This document shows, one piece after another, positions 40,091 through 50,288 of a DNA stretch of 64,000 bases (positions within the stretch are counted from its first letter, which is position 1; each line of letters begins with the position of its first letter). The DNA comes from Escherichia coli. GTDB lineage: Bacteria > Pseudomonadota > Gammaproteobacteria > Enterobacterales > Enterobacteriaceae. The stretch lies in the NCBI RefSeq assembly GCF_003790525.1, contig NZ_CP033635.1; one strand, given 5' to 3'. Made by a program: the position numbers and the translations under genes. A model generated the notes under the pieces. That model had not been told where the DNA came from, searched no databases, and was given only the letters and a program-made list of their open reading frames with translations.

Positions 40091-40114
40091 GCTTTACGGA
40101 AATTGGAGTTAACT

Positions 40115-40900
40115 ATGTCAATCGAATCTCTCAATGCGTTCTCAATGGATTTTTTCTCCCTGAAAGGTAAAACAGCAATTGTTACCGGCGGGAATAGCGG
40201 TTTAGGCCAGGCATTTGCCATGGCGTTGGCCAAAGCTGGCGCAAATGTCTTTATCCCTAGCTTCGTCAAAGATAACGGCGAAACAAAGGAAATGATTGAA
40301 AAACAGGGTGTCGAAGTTGATTTTATGCAGGTGGATATCACCGCAGAAGGCGCGCCGCAGAAGATTATCGCTGCCTGCTGTGAGCGCTTCGGTACCGTAG
40401 ATATTCTGGTTAACAATGCCGGTATTTGTAAGCTGAATAAGGTGCTGGACTTTGGTCGTGCCGACTGGGACCCGATGATTGACGTGAACCTGACCGCCGC
40501 ATTCGAGTTAAGCTATGAAGCTGCAAAAATTATGATCCCGCAGAAAAGCGGTAAAATCATTAATATCTGTTCATTATTCTCTTACTTAGGTGGACAATGG
40601 TCACCTGCATATTCTGCCACTAAACATGCTCTTGCCGGATTCACCAAAGCTTATTGTGATGAACTAGGTCAATATAATATTCAGGTAAATGGTATTGCCC
40701 CTGGATATTACGCTACCGATATCACCCTGGCGACACGCAGTAATCCAGAAACCAATCAGCGCGTTCTTGATCATATTCCAGCAAACCGTTGGGGCGATAC
40801 TCAGGATTTAATGGGCACAGCCATATTTCTCGCAAGTCCGGCATCGAATTATGTCAACGGACATTTATTAGTGGTTGATGGCGGTTATTTAGTGCGCTAA
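40115..40900 (+). CDS. ygcW: short-chain dehydrogenase/reductase
   Basis: 261 aa from MSIESLN; Rossmann TGGNSGLG motif; GGAG RBS. Confidence 0.85.
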   Translation: MSIESLNAFSMDFFSLKGKTAIVTGGNSGLGQAFAMALAKAGANVFIPSFVKDNGETKEMIEKQGVEVDFMQVDITAEGAPQKIIAACCERFGTVDILVNNAGICKLNKVLDFGRADWDPMIDVNLTAAFELSYEAAKIMIPQKSGKIINICSLFSYLGGQWSPAYSATKHALAGFTKAYCDELGQYNIQVNGIAPGYYATDITLATRSNPETNQRVLDHIPANRWGDTQDLMGTAIFLASPASNYVNGHLLVVDGGYLVR

Positions 40901-40969
40901 TCCATAACGGTGGTTTCTGTTTTCTCTTATTAATGATTATTCCATTTTTATTATCAGGAAGGAATTACT

Positions 40970-42424
40970 ATGTCTTTATCTCGCGCAGCGATTGTCGACC
41001 AGCTAAAGGAAATTGTTGGTGCAGATCGCGTAATTACCGATGAAACAGTATTAAAGAAAAACAGTATTGACCGTTTTCGCAAATTTCCGGATATTCATGG
41101 CATTTATACTTTGCCTATTCCGGCAGCGGTCGTAAAACTCGGTTCCACAGAGCAAGTGTCCCGTGTGCTGAATTTTATGAATGCGCACAAAATTAACGGT
41201 GTGCCGCGTACCGGTGCTTCCGCCACTGAAGGCGGGCTGGAAACCGTTGTGGAAAACTCGGTGGTGCTCGACGGCTCTGCCATGAATCAAATCATTAATG
41301 TTGATATTGAGAATATGCAGGCCACGGCGCAATGTGGCGTTCCGCTGGAGGTGCTGGAAAACGCGTTGCGTGAAAAAGGTTACACCACGGGGCATTCACC
41401 GCAATCAAAACCGCTGGCGCAGATGGGCGGCCTGGTAGCAACCCGCAGTATCGGGCAGTTCTCCACACTCTACGGCGCAATCGAAGATATGGTCGTTGGT
41501 CTGGAAGCAGTATTGGCTGATGGCACCGTCACACGTATTAAAAACGTACCACGCCGCGCGGCAGGCCCGGACATTCGTCACATTATCATCGGCAACGAAG
41601 GTGCATTGTGCTATATCACTGAAGTAACAGTGAAAATCTTTAAGTTCACCCCGGAAAACAACCTCTTCTACGGCTATATCCTGGAAGACATGAAAACCGG
41701 CTTCAACATCCTGCGTGAAATCATGGTGGAAGGGTATCGTCCGTCGATCGCTCGTTTGTATGACGTTGAAGATGGCACCCAACACTTCACCCATTTTGCC
41801 GACGGTAAATGTGTGCTGATCTTTATGGCTGAAGGTAACCCTCGCATTGCGAAGGCGACGGGTGAAGGGATTGCTGAAATCGTGGCGCGCTACCCGCAGT
41901 GCCAGCGCGTGGACAGCAAGCTGATCGAAACCTGGTTTAACAACCTGAACTGGGGACCGGATAAAGTGGCTGCCGAACGTGTGCAGATCCTCAAAACCGG
42001 CAACATGGGCTTTACCACCGAAGTGTCCGGCTGCTGGAGCTGCATCCACGAAATCTACGAAAGCGTTATTAACCGTATTCGCACCGAGTTCCCGCACGCC
42101 GACGACATCACCATGCTGGGCGGTCACTCCTCTCATAGCTATCAGAACGGCACCAACATGTACTTCGTCTACGACTACAACGTCGTTGACTGTAAGCCGG
42201 AAGAGGAAATCGACAAGTACCACAATCCGCTCAACAAAATCATTTGCGAAGAAACCATTCGCCTCGGCGGTTCGATGGTGCACCACCACGGTATTGGTAA
42301 ACATCGCGTTCACTGGAGCAAACTGGAACACGGCAGCGCGTGGACGTTGCTGGAAGGGCTGAAAAAACAGTTCGATCCTAACGGCATTATGAATACGGGT
42401 ACTATCTATCCGATTGAAAAATAA
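40970..42424 (+). CDS. ygcU: FAD-linked oxidoreductase
   Basis: 484-aa FAD-binding PCMH-type oxidase fold. Confidence 0.8.
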   Translation: MSLSRAAIVDQLKEIVGADRVITDETVLKKNSIDRFRKFPDIHGIYTLPIPAAVVKLGSTEQVSRVLNFMNAHKINGVPRTGASATEGGLETVVENSVVLDGSAMNQIINVDIENMQATAQCGVPLEVLENALREKGYTTGHSPQSKPLAQMGGLVATRSIGQFSTLYGAIEDMVVGLEAVLADGTVTRIKNVPRRAAGPDIRHIIIGNEGALCYITEVTVKIFKFTPENNLFYGYILEDMKTGFNILREIMVEGYRPSIARLYDVEDGTQHFTHFADGKCVLIFMAEGNPRIAKATGEGIAEIVARYPQCQRVDSKLIETWFNNLNWGPDKVAAERVQILKTGNMGFTTEVSGCWSCIHEIYESVINRIRTEFPHADDITMLGGHSSHSYQNGTNMYFVYDYNVVDCKPEEEIDKYHNPLNKIICEETIRLGGSMVHHHGIGKHRVHWSKLEHGSAWTLLEGLKKQFDPNGIMNTGTIYPIEK

Positions 42425-42517
42425 TGTGTGAGGCAGCGTTCCGCGATGACGGGGCGTTGCCTTTTCGGCTTCTCAGGCGAGAAGCCGTTCTTATTACCGG
42501 ACAATGAAGGGGTAAAG

Positions 42518-43855
42518 ATGAACACTTCACCGGTGCGAATGGATGATTTACCACTTAACCGTTTTCACTGCCGCATTGCTGCGCTCACTTTCGGTGCGCA
42601 CCTGACCGACGGTTATGTCCTCGGCGTCATTGGTTACGCCATTATTCAGCTTACGCCCGCCATGCAACTGACGCCGTTTATGGCGGGAATGATTGGCGGC
42701 TCAGCACTCCTTGGTTTGTTTCTTGGCAGCCTGGTTCTTGGATGGATCTCCGACCATATTGGTCGGCAAAAAATCTTCACCTTCAGCTTTTTGCTGATTA
42801 CGCTCGCTTCGTTCTTGCAATTTTTTGCCACCACGCCAGAGCATCTTATTGGGCTGCGCATTTTGATCGGCATTGGTCTGGGAGGCGATTACTCAGTCGG
42901 TCACACCTTGCTGGCTGAATTTTCCCCGCGCCGCCATCGCGGTATTTTACTGGGCGCATTCAGCGTGGTGTGGACCGTAGGCTATGTGTTGGCAAGTATT
43001 GCCGGACATCACTTTATTTCCGAAAACCCGGAGGCCTGGCGCTGGCTGCTGGCATCAGCGGCGTTACCAGCCTTGCTGATTACGCTGCTACGTTGGGGCA
43101 CGCCGGAATCGCCACGCTGGCTACTGCGCCAGGGACGTTTTGCTGAAGCTCACGCTATTGTGCATCGCTATTTGGGGCCACATGTTTTACTGGGCGATGA
43201 AGTGGCAGCGGCGACCCATAAACACATCAAAACCTTGTTTTCTTCGCGCTACTGGCGACGCACGGCGTTTAACAGCGTCTTCTTTGTCTGCCTCGTAATC
43301 CCATGGTTTGTGATTTATACCTGGCTGCCGACCATCGCCCAGACTATTGGTCTGGAGGATGCGCTGACCGCCAGCCTGATGCTTAATGCGTTGTTAATTG
43401 TGGGCGCGCTGCTGGGATTAGTTCTGACGCACCTGCTGGCACATCGCAAGTTTTTGCTGGGAAGTTTTTTGCTGCTGGCGGCAACGCTGGTAGTGATGGC
43501 CTGTTTGCCTTCCGGCAGTTCATTAACGCTGCTGCTTTTTGTTCTCTTCAGCACCACCATTTCGGCAGTCAGTAATCTGGTGGGCATTTTGCCTGCGGAA
43601 AGTTTTCCTACTGACATTCGCTCGCTGGGCGTCGGTTTTGCCACCGCCATGAGTCGGTTGGGGGCGGCGGTAAGTACTGGCCTGCTGCCGTGGGTGCTGG
43701 CGCAGTGGGGAATGCAAGCCACCTTATTGCTCCTGGCGGCAGTGTTGTTGGTTGGTTTTGTTGTGACCTGGCTATGGGCACCAGAAACCAAAGCACTCCC
43801 GCTGGTGGCGGCGGGAAATGTAGGAGGTGCGAATGAACATTCTGTTAGCGTTTAA
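42518..43855 (+). CDS. ygcS: MFS sugar-porter-family transporter
   Basis: 445 aa from MNTSPVR; MFS sugar transporter signatures; track start 42428 is an extension. Confidence 0.8.
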   Translation: MNTSPVRMDDLPLNRFHCRIAALTFGAHLTDGYVLGVIGYAIIQLTPAMQLTPFMAGMIGGSALLGLFLGSLVLGWISDHIGRQKIFTFSFLLITLASFLQFFATTPEHLIGLRILIGIGLGGDYSVGHTLLAEFSPRRHRGILLGAFSVVWTVGYVLASIAGHHFISENPEAWRWLLASAALPALLITLLRWGTPESPRWLLRQGRFAEAHAIVHRYLGPHVLLGDEVAAATHKHIKTLFSSRYWRRTAFNSVFFVCLVIPWFVIYTWLPTIAQTIGLEDALTASLMLNALLIVGALLGLVLTHLLAHRKFLLGSFLLLAATLVVMACLPSGSSLTLLLFVLFSTTISAVSNLVGILPAESFPTDIRSLGVGFATAMSRLGAAVSTGLLPWVLAQWGMQATLLLLAAVLLVGFVVTWLWAPETKALPLVAAGNVGGANEHSVSV

Positions 43856-44612
43856 AGCCGAACCGGATGCCGGAATGCTGGCGGAAAAAGAGTGGCAGGC
43901 GGCGGCTCAGGGTAATATTGGACCAGATGTTTCGCTACTGCGAAGTTTACTCGGTGCTGATGAACAGGCTGCCGCCGCGCTGCTGTTGGCGCAGAGAAAA
44001 AATGGTACTCCGATGTCTTTAACCGCGTTGAGCATGGGGGATGAACGGGCGTTGCACTGGCTGCGCTATCTCATGGCTCTTGGGTTTGAGGAAGCTGTAT
44101 TGCTGGAGACGGCGGCAGATCTGCGCTTTGCGCCGGAATTTGTCGCTCGCCATATTGCCGAGTGGCAGCATCAGAATCCGCTGGATCTGATCATTACCGG
44201 CTGCCAAAGCAGCGAAGGACAGAATGGGCAAACGCCATTTTTGCTGGCGGAAATGCTGGGCTGGCCCTGTTTCACCCAGGTGGAGCGTTTCACACTCGAC
44301 GCGCCGTTTATCACCCTCGAACAGCGTACTGAAAATGGGGTGCGCTGTTGCCGGGTTCGCTTGCCTGCGGTGATTGCCGTGCGTCAGTGCGGTGAAGTGG
44401 CCTTGCCAGTACCGGGAATGCGCCAGCGAATGGCTGCGGGGAAAGCAGAAATTATCCGTAAAACTGTTGCTGTCGAATTGCCAGCGATGCAGTGTCTGCA
44501 ACTGGCAAGAGCAGAGCAACGACGCGGAGCGACGCTGATTGATGGGCAAACGGTAGCAGAAAAAGCGCAAAAGCTATGGCAGGACTATTTACGCCAAAGG
44601 ATGCAGCCATGA
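43833..44612 (+). CDS. ygcR: electron-transfer flavoprotein beta-subunit-like (FixA-like)
   Basis: 259 aa; AGGAGG RBS before ATG 43833; overlaps ygcS end. Confidence 0.75.
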   Translation: MNILLAFKAEPDAGMLAEKEWQAAAQGNIGPDVSLLRSLLGADEQAAAALLLAQRKNGTPMSLTALSMGDERALHWLRYLMALGFEEAVLLETAADLRFAPEFVARHIAEWQHQNPLDLIITGCQSSEGQNGQTPFLLAEMLGWPCFTQVERFTLDAPFITLEQRTENGVRCCRVRLPAVIAVRQCGEVALPVPGMRQRMAAGKAEIIRKTVAVELPAMQCLQLARAEQRRGATLIDGQTVAEKAQKLWQDYLRQRMQP

Positions 44613-45469
44613 ATATCGCCATTGTGACAATAAATCAGGAGAATGCCGCAATAGCGAGCTGGCTGGCAGAACAGGATTTCAGCGGTTGTACCCTGGCGCA
44701 CTGGCAGATTGAACCTCAGCCCGTAGTGGCGGAACAGGTGCTGGATGCGTTGGTGGAACAGTGGCAGCGAACGCCTGCGGACGTTGTTCTCTTTCCGCCG
44801 GGAACGTTTGGCGATGAACTGTCGACCCGGCTGGCCTGGCGTTTACATGGTGCAAGCATCTGCCAGGTGACTTCGTTAGATATTCCAACCGTAAGCGTGC
44901 GCAAATCCCACTGGGGAAATGCGTTGACGGCGACGCTGCAAACAGACAAACGCCCGCTATGCCTTTCGCTGGCACGTCAGGCGGGAGCAGATAAAAACGC
45001 CACGTTGTCCTCTGGGATGCAGCAACTGAACATTGTCCCCGGCGCGCTTCCCGACTGGCTGGTTAGCCTAGAAAACCTGAAAAATGTTACCCGCGACCCA
45101 TTAGCTGAAGCCAGACGGGTGCTGGTGGTGGGGCAGGGCGGAGAGGCAGATAACCAGGAAATCGCTATGCTGGCAGAAAAGCTGGGAGCCGAAGTGGGCT
45201 ACAGTCGGGCACGAGTGATGAACGGTGGCGTTGATGCCGAAAAAGTCATTGGTATTTCCGGACATCTGCTGGCACCTGAGGTGTGTATTGTTGTTGGTGC
45301 TTCCGGCGCAGCAGCGTTAATGGCGGGCGTACGCAATAGCAAGTTTGTGGTGGCGATTAATCATGACGCCAGCGCAGCGGTATTTTCACAGGCAGATGTT
45401 GGCGTGGTTGATGACTGGAAAGTGGTGCTGGAGGCACTGGTGACAAACATTCACGCAGATTGCCAATAA
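44609..45469 (+). CDS. ygcQ: electron-transfer flavoprotein alpha-subunit-like (FixB-like)
   Basis: 286 aa; ATGA overlap with ygcR stop. Confidence 0.75.
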   Translation: MNIAIVTINQENAAIASWLAEQDFSGCTLAHWQIEPQPVVAEQVLDALVEQWQRTPADVVLFPPGTFGDELSTRLAWRLHGASICQVTSLDIPTVSVRKSHWGNALTATLQTDKRPLCLSLARQAGADKNATLSSGMQQLNIVPGALPDWLVSLENLKNVTRDPLAEARRVLVVGQGGEADNQEIAMLAEKLGAEVGYSRARVMNGGVDAEKVIGISGHLLAPEVCIVVGASGAAALMAGVRNSKFVVAINHDASAAVFSQADVGVVDDWKVVLEALVTNIHADCQ

Positions 45470-45473
45470 CGTG

Positions 45474-45580
45474 TTGCCGGATGATCCTGCCTACGGTTCT
45501 GGCCTGGGGACTTGTAGGCCTGATAAGACGCGTCAAGCGTCGCATCAGGCGCTGAATGTCGGATGTGGCGTGCAGCCTAC
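45474..45580. repeat. REP/BIME cluster
   Basis: several REP units (gtaggcctgataagacgcgtcaagcgtcgcatcaggc etc.) between convergent ygcQ and ygcP. Confidence 0.75.
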
Positions 45581-45615
45581 AAATCACACAAATTCAATTC
45601 GTTACGATTATCCCG

Positions 45616-46191
45616 TTAAAGCAATTTTTTCGCCAACGTCCAGACCCCGGTATTCGTGGTGGAAAGCGCCACGACACCCGCGTTAATCGCATTACGCGCA
45701 TCTTCTTCATCGCACACCAGCCCGCCGGCAATCAGCGGTTGGCGGATTTTCTCCGTCACCCAGCCCAGCACTTTGGGCATACAGCCAGGCAGGATCTCAA
45801 TACAATCCGGATTCGATTGCGCAACTTGCTTATCAATGTTGTGAAACGAAATCGAATCAACAATAAACAGTCGATGAATACAGAAAAAACCTTCCGCTCT
45901 TGCTGCTTTCAGCATTGAGGCTTTGGTACTGATAATTCCGTCCGCCTCGGTCACCAGTTTCAAAAACTGAATCACCACTTCTTTATTTGACGCGCCTTCC
46001 AGCAAATCAACATGAATAAAAGCATATTTCCCGGCGTTCTTAATCTTTTTAACGATATTACTAATGGTGCAGATATTGCCGTACAACACGGAAATAAACT
46101 GGCATTCAGAGTCGATTGCCAGTTGCAGGCTGGCATTATCTTTAACGGCAGCAATCACCGGATTCTGGCGGAGCAGGTGTAAGAGGGGCAT
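45616..46191 (-). CDS. ygcP: GlpP-like glycerol-3-phosphate-responsive antiterminator family protein
   Basis: 191-aa ORF; family and position as in K-12. Confidence 0.7.
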   Translation of the reverse strand: MPLLHLLRQNPVIAAVKDNASLQLAIDSECQFISVLYGNICTISNIVKKIKNAGKYAFIHVDLLEGASNKEVVIQFLKLVTEADGIISTKASMLKAARAEGFFCIHRLFIVDSISFHNIDKQVAQSNPDCIEILPGCMPKVLGWVTEKIRQPLIAGGLVCDEEDARNAINAGVVALSTTNTGVWTLAKKLL

Positions 46192-46207
46192 AAATTATCC
46201 TTATTAT

Positions 46208-46468
46208 TTATCCAAAACGGTAGGTGATGCCGAATCCGGAAGGTGGATAGCGCCACTGTTGTAGTGTTTTTTCGTCGCACAGCAAACGGCAGGTGCCACA
46301 CTCCAGGCAACTGCGATAGTCAATACGTAAGTCACCTTCTGGTGTGAGCGAAAAAAGACCAGCCGGACAAGCGTTAATCAACCATTGTACCGTCTGACGC
46401 TCAACGGAGTCAGCCGGAACAATGTGCGGCGCATCGGCAACGCGCCAGAGATTACGGGCTACAGACAT
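46208..46468 (-). CDS. ygcO: ferredoxin-like protein (FixX-like)
   Basis: about 86 aa with Cys cluster (CLECGTCRLLC). Confidence 0.7.
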   Translation of the reverse strand: MSVARNLWRVADAPHIVPADSVERQTVQWLINACPAGLFSLTPEGDLRIDYRSCLECGTCRLLCDEKTLQQWRYPPSGFGITYRFG

Positions 46469-47730
46469 CGCAGACTCCTGATAACATCGCCCGCCAGATG
46501 CCACAGGCCGTGACGACGTAAATGACGCCAGAATAACTGGTGCAGCGGTGGAACAGGTTTATCACCCTGATCCCATAAATCGCGGGAAATATCCTGCATT
46601 AACGCAGGCCACGCCCGATACCAGCCAGGGCGTTGCAAAAGCGCCGGAACATGCTGATAACGTTGTAGAACATCCCACAGCAGGCTGCGCTCTACGTTGT
46701 GATGATAAAGCGCAAACAGATTTTGCGGCTCGCGGTGCTGGCAGGCGCTTATCAGCGTTTGTGCCGCCGCCTGCGCGCCAGTTAGCGCCATATCCATGCC
46801 GCGCACGGAAATTCCGGTATTGACGCAACTGCGCAACGTATCGCCCACCAGCAGCCAGCCGTTACCGGCGTATTGCACCTGCATACTGTGCAAGCCACCT
46901 TCTGGCACCAGATGCGCACCATACTCCAGTGATTCCGTGTTTTTGATAAGCGGGCGCACTGCCGGATGCGTTTTAAAGCGAGCCAGCAGCTCGCTTGCCG
47001 GAACACGACTTTGCGTAAGTGAAGAGAGCGGGCAAACAATCCCTAACGAGAGCGTTTGTTGATTAGTATAAAGAAATGCGCCGCCGGGTAAGTCATCACA
47101 GATCCCGCCGCTGAACAGCAACGCTGCGCCTTCGTTATTCTCCAGATGAAAACGTTCTTCAATAGCGGATGTTTCCAGCGACAGCACTTCTTTGATCCCC
47201 AACGCCATCGCTTCGCCAGCAGGACGAGTCACTAACCCGTGACGTTCAGCCAGGACGCTGTTGGCACCTTCTGCCAGCACCACATAACGGGCGCGGAGAA
47301 TATCGTCACCACAAATGACACCACACACCCTGCCGTTTTCTTCATACAGCGCATCCACCGTCGCACCGGGGATGCATTCGACACCTTCTTTTTCGGCTTC
47401 GGCAACCAGCCACGGATCGAACCGTGCACGTAATACACTCCAGGATTCACCGCCGGGCTGTAAGCTGGAAAACGTCGTTGCGCCATCCGGCGTTAACAGG
47501 GAAAGGCTTTCGTGAGTGATGCGTCGTTCAAGAGGCGCGGTCAGATGAAATTGTGGGAGGAGTTCCGCGAGCGCCTGGGTATATAAACGCCCGCCGGAAA
47601 GATTTTTGCTGCCGGGGATTTCAGCGCGTTCCAGTAACAAAACGGATAAACCCGCTCGCGCGCAGCGTAACGCGCAAGCGGTGCCTGCAATACCGGCACC
47701 AATAATAATAATGTCGCAGTCGTCTTCCAT
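46459..47730 (-). CDS. ygcN: FAD-dependent oxidoreductase (FixC-like)
   Basis: about 423 aa; N-terminal GAGIAG dinucleotide-binding motif. Confidence 0.8.
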   Translation of the reverse strand: MEDDCDIIIIGAGIAGTACALRCARAGLSVLLLERAEIPGSKNLSGGRLYTQALAELLPQFHLTAPLERRITHESLSLLTPDGATTFSSLQPGGESWSVLRARFDPWLVAEAEKEGVECIPGATVDALYEENGRVCGVICGDDILRARYVVLAEGANSVLAERHGLVTRPAGEAMALGIKEVLSLETSAIEERFHLENNEGAALLFSGGICDDLPGGAFLYTNQQTLSLGIVCPLSSLTQSRVPASELLARFKTHPAVRPLIKNTESLEYGAHLVPEGGLHSMQVQYAGNGWLLVGDTLRSCVNTGISVRGMDMALTGAQAAAQTLISACQHREPQNLFALYHHNVERSLLWDVLQRYQHVPALLQRPGWYRAWPALMQDISRDLWDQGDKPVPPLHQLFWRHLRRHGLWHLAGDVIRSLRCL

Positions 47731-47807
47731 GTCATGCCCCAGATATCCAGAACACAACACCCTAACATAGCGTTACTTAAGGGAAATTGACCGCCGACAC
47801 ACTCTTA

Positions 47808-48173
47808 TCATTCGCCGCGATAGATACAACCTGCGGTGCAGGTTTCTTTTACCATCACCGCACTTAACAGCGGCACAACGGGTTTAACCTGATCCCAAAT
47901 CCATTTTGCTAAAACTTCGCTGGTTGGGTTTTCCAGACCTGGAATATCATTGAGATAATGGTGATCGAGGCGCTCGTAGGTTGGCTTAAACGCCGCTTTC
48001 AGTTCAGCGAAATCGATAATCCAGCCCGTATGCGGATCGACTTCCCCGGTAATTTCCAGTCGCACCATAAAGGAATGCCCGTGCAGGCGACCACATTTAT
48101 GTCCTTCCGGGACGTGTGGTAAGCGGTGAGCGGCTTCGAAGGTGAAATCTTTAAATAACGTGGTGGACATCAT
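47808..48173 (-). CDS. queD: 6-carboxy-5,6,7,8-tetrahydropterin synthase
   Basis: 121 aa from [21 protein letters not shown]; track ORF extended to 48257. Confidence 0.85.
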   Translation of the reverse strand: MMSTTLFKDFTFEAAHRLPHVPEGHKCGRLHGHSFMVRLEITGEVDPHTGWIIDFAELKAAFKPTYERLDHHYLNDIPGLENPTSEVLAKWIWDQVKPVVPLLSAVMVKETCTAGCIYRGE

Positions 48174-48488
48174 AATTTCTCTACAGGACGATAAAACCGC
48201 CGTAGAGTACCGGAAAGGCTGTTTTTTCGCATTATCTAAAACGACTTTGTTGCGCAAAATCGCTGATTTATCTTAATGATTGGCTAAATTCATTTGTTTT
48301 TCATTGGGTTGAGTAATCTATTTTGTTGTTAAAGACTATTGCTAAAACAGGTTAGTCGATTTGGTTATTAGTTATCGCTATCCCGTCTTTAATCCACACC
48401 GTTCACCCCGTTAACCTTACCTTCTCTTCTGTTTTATGGGCGCTGACAGGGCGCAGAAACAGCTTTGCTTACTGGAACATAACGACGC

Positions 48489-50288
48489 ATGACGACACAG
48501 GTCTCACCTTCCGCGTTGCTTCCGTTGAACCCGGAGCAACTGGCACGCCTTCAGGCGGCCACGACCGATTTAACTCCCACCCAGCTTGCCTGGGTTTCTG
48601 GCTATTTCTGGGGCGTGCTCAACCAGCAGCCTGCTGCGCTTGCAGCGACGCCAGCGCCCGCCGCAGAAATGCCGGGTATAACTATTATCTCCGCCTCGCA
48701 AACCGGCAATGCGCGCCGGGTTGCTGAAGCGTTACGCGATGACTTATTAGCGGCAAAACTAAACGTTAAGCTGGTGAACGCGGGCGACTATAAATTCAAA
48801 CAAATCGCCAGCGAAAAACTGCTTATCGTGGTGACGTCAACGCAAGGGGAAGGGGAACCGCCGGAAGAAGCCGTCGCGCTGCATAAGTTCCTGTTCTCCA
48901 AAAAAGCGCCGAAGCTGGAAAACACCGCATTTGCCGTGTTTAGCCTCGGCGATAGCTCTTATGAATTTTTCTGCCAGTCCGGGAAAGATTTTGACAGCAA
49001 GCTGGCGGAACTGGGCGGTGAACGCCTGCTCGACCGTGTCGATGCCGATGTTGAATATCAGGCCGCTGCCAGCGAGTGGCGCGCCCGCGTGGTTGATGCG
49101 CTTAAATCGCGTGCGCCTGTCGCGGCACCTTCGCAATCCGTCGCTACTGGCACGGTAAATGAAATCCACACCAGCCCGTATAGCAAAGACGCGCCGCTGG
49201 TGGCGAGCCTCTCTGTTAACCAGAAAATTACCGGGCGTAACTCTGAAAAAGACGTTCGCCATATCGAAATTGACTTAGGTGACTCGGGCCTGCGTTACCA
49301 GCCGGGTGACGCGCTGGGCGTCTGGTATCAGAACGATCCGGCACTGGTGAAAGAACTTGTCGAACTGCTGTGGCTGAAAGGCGATGAACCTGTCACCGTT
49401 GAGGGCAAAACCCTGCCGCTGAATGAGGCGCTACAGTGGCATTTTGAACTGACCGTCAACACCGCCAACATTGTTGAGAACTATGCCACGCTTACCCGCA
49501 GCGAAACGCTGCTGCCGCTGGTGGGCGATAAAGCGAAGTTGCAGCATTACGCCGCGACGACGCCGATTGTTGACATGGTGCGTTTCTCTCCGGCGCAACT
49601 GGATGCCGAAGCGCTGATTAATCTGCTGCGCCCGCTGACGCCGCGCCTGTATTCCATCGCCTCTTCGCAGGCGGAAGTCGAGAACGAAGTACACGTCACC
49701 GTTGGTGTGGTGCGTTACGACGTGGAAGGCCGCGCCCGTGCCGGTGGTGCCTCCAGCTTCCTCGCGGATCGTGTGGAAGAAGAGGGTGAAGTCCGCGTCT
49801 TTATCGAACATAACGATAACTTCCGCCTGCCAGCCAATCCGGAAACGCCGGTGATTATGATTGGCCCAGGCACCGGCATTGCGCCGTTCCGCGCCTTTAT
49901 GCAGCAACGCGCCGCCGACGAAGCGCCGGGGAAAAACTGGCTGTTCTTTGGCAACCCGCACTTTACGGAAGATTTCCTCTACCAGGTGGAATGGCAGCGC
50001 TACGTCAAAGAGGGCGTGCTGACGCGTATCGATCTTGCCTGGTCGCGCGATCAAAAAGAAAAAATTTACGTACAAGACAAACTGCGCGAACAGGGCGCGG
50101 AGCTGTGGCGCTGGATCAATGACGGTGCCCACATTTATGTCTGCGGCGACGCTAATCGCATGGCGAAAGACGTTGAACAGGCACTTCTGGAAGTGATTGC
50201 CGAATTTGGTGGCATGGACACCGAAGCGGCGGATGAATTTTTAAGTGAGCTGCGCGTAGAGCGCCGTTATCAGCGAGATGTCTACTAA
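48489..50288 (+). CDS. cysJ: sulfite reductase [NADPH] flavoprotein alpha-component
   Basis: 599-aa flavodoxin plus FAD/NADPH-binding ORF. Confidence 0.95.
   Translation: MTTQVSPSALLPLNPEQLARLQAATTDLTPTQLAWVSGYFWGVLNQQPAALAATPAPAAEMPGITIISASQTGNARRVAEALRDDLLAAKLNVKLVNAGDYKFKQIASEKLLIVVTSTQGEGEPPEEAVALHKFLFSKKAPKLENTAFAVFSLGDSSYEFFCQSGKDFDSKLAELGGERLLDRVDADVEYQAAASEWRARVVDALKSRAPVAAPSQSVATGTVNEIHTSPYSKDAPLVASLSVNQKITGRNSEKDVRHIEIDLGDSGLRYQPGDALGVWYQNDPALVKELVELLWLKGDEPVTVEGKTLPLNEALQWHFELTVNTANIVENYATLTRSETLLPLVGDKAKLQHYAATTPIVDMVRFSPAQLDAEALINLLRPLTPRLYSIASSQAEVENEVHVTVGVVRYDVEGRARAGGASSFLADRVEEEGEVRVFIEHNDNFRLPANPETPVIMIGPGTGIAPFRAFMQQRAADEAPGKNWLFFGNPHFTEDFLYQVEWQRYVKEGVLTRIDLAWSRDQKEKIYVQDKLREQGAELWRWINDGAHIYVCGDANRMAKDVEQALLEVIAEFGGMDTEAADEFLSELRVERRYQRDVY

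Noticed and set aside
41405-42331. 308-aa minus-strand ORF inside ygcU
   Set aside because: Antisense shadow ORF of a gene with strong coding signal
49431-50132. 233-aa minus-strand ORF inside cysJ
   Set aside because: Antisense shadow ORF
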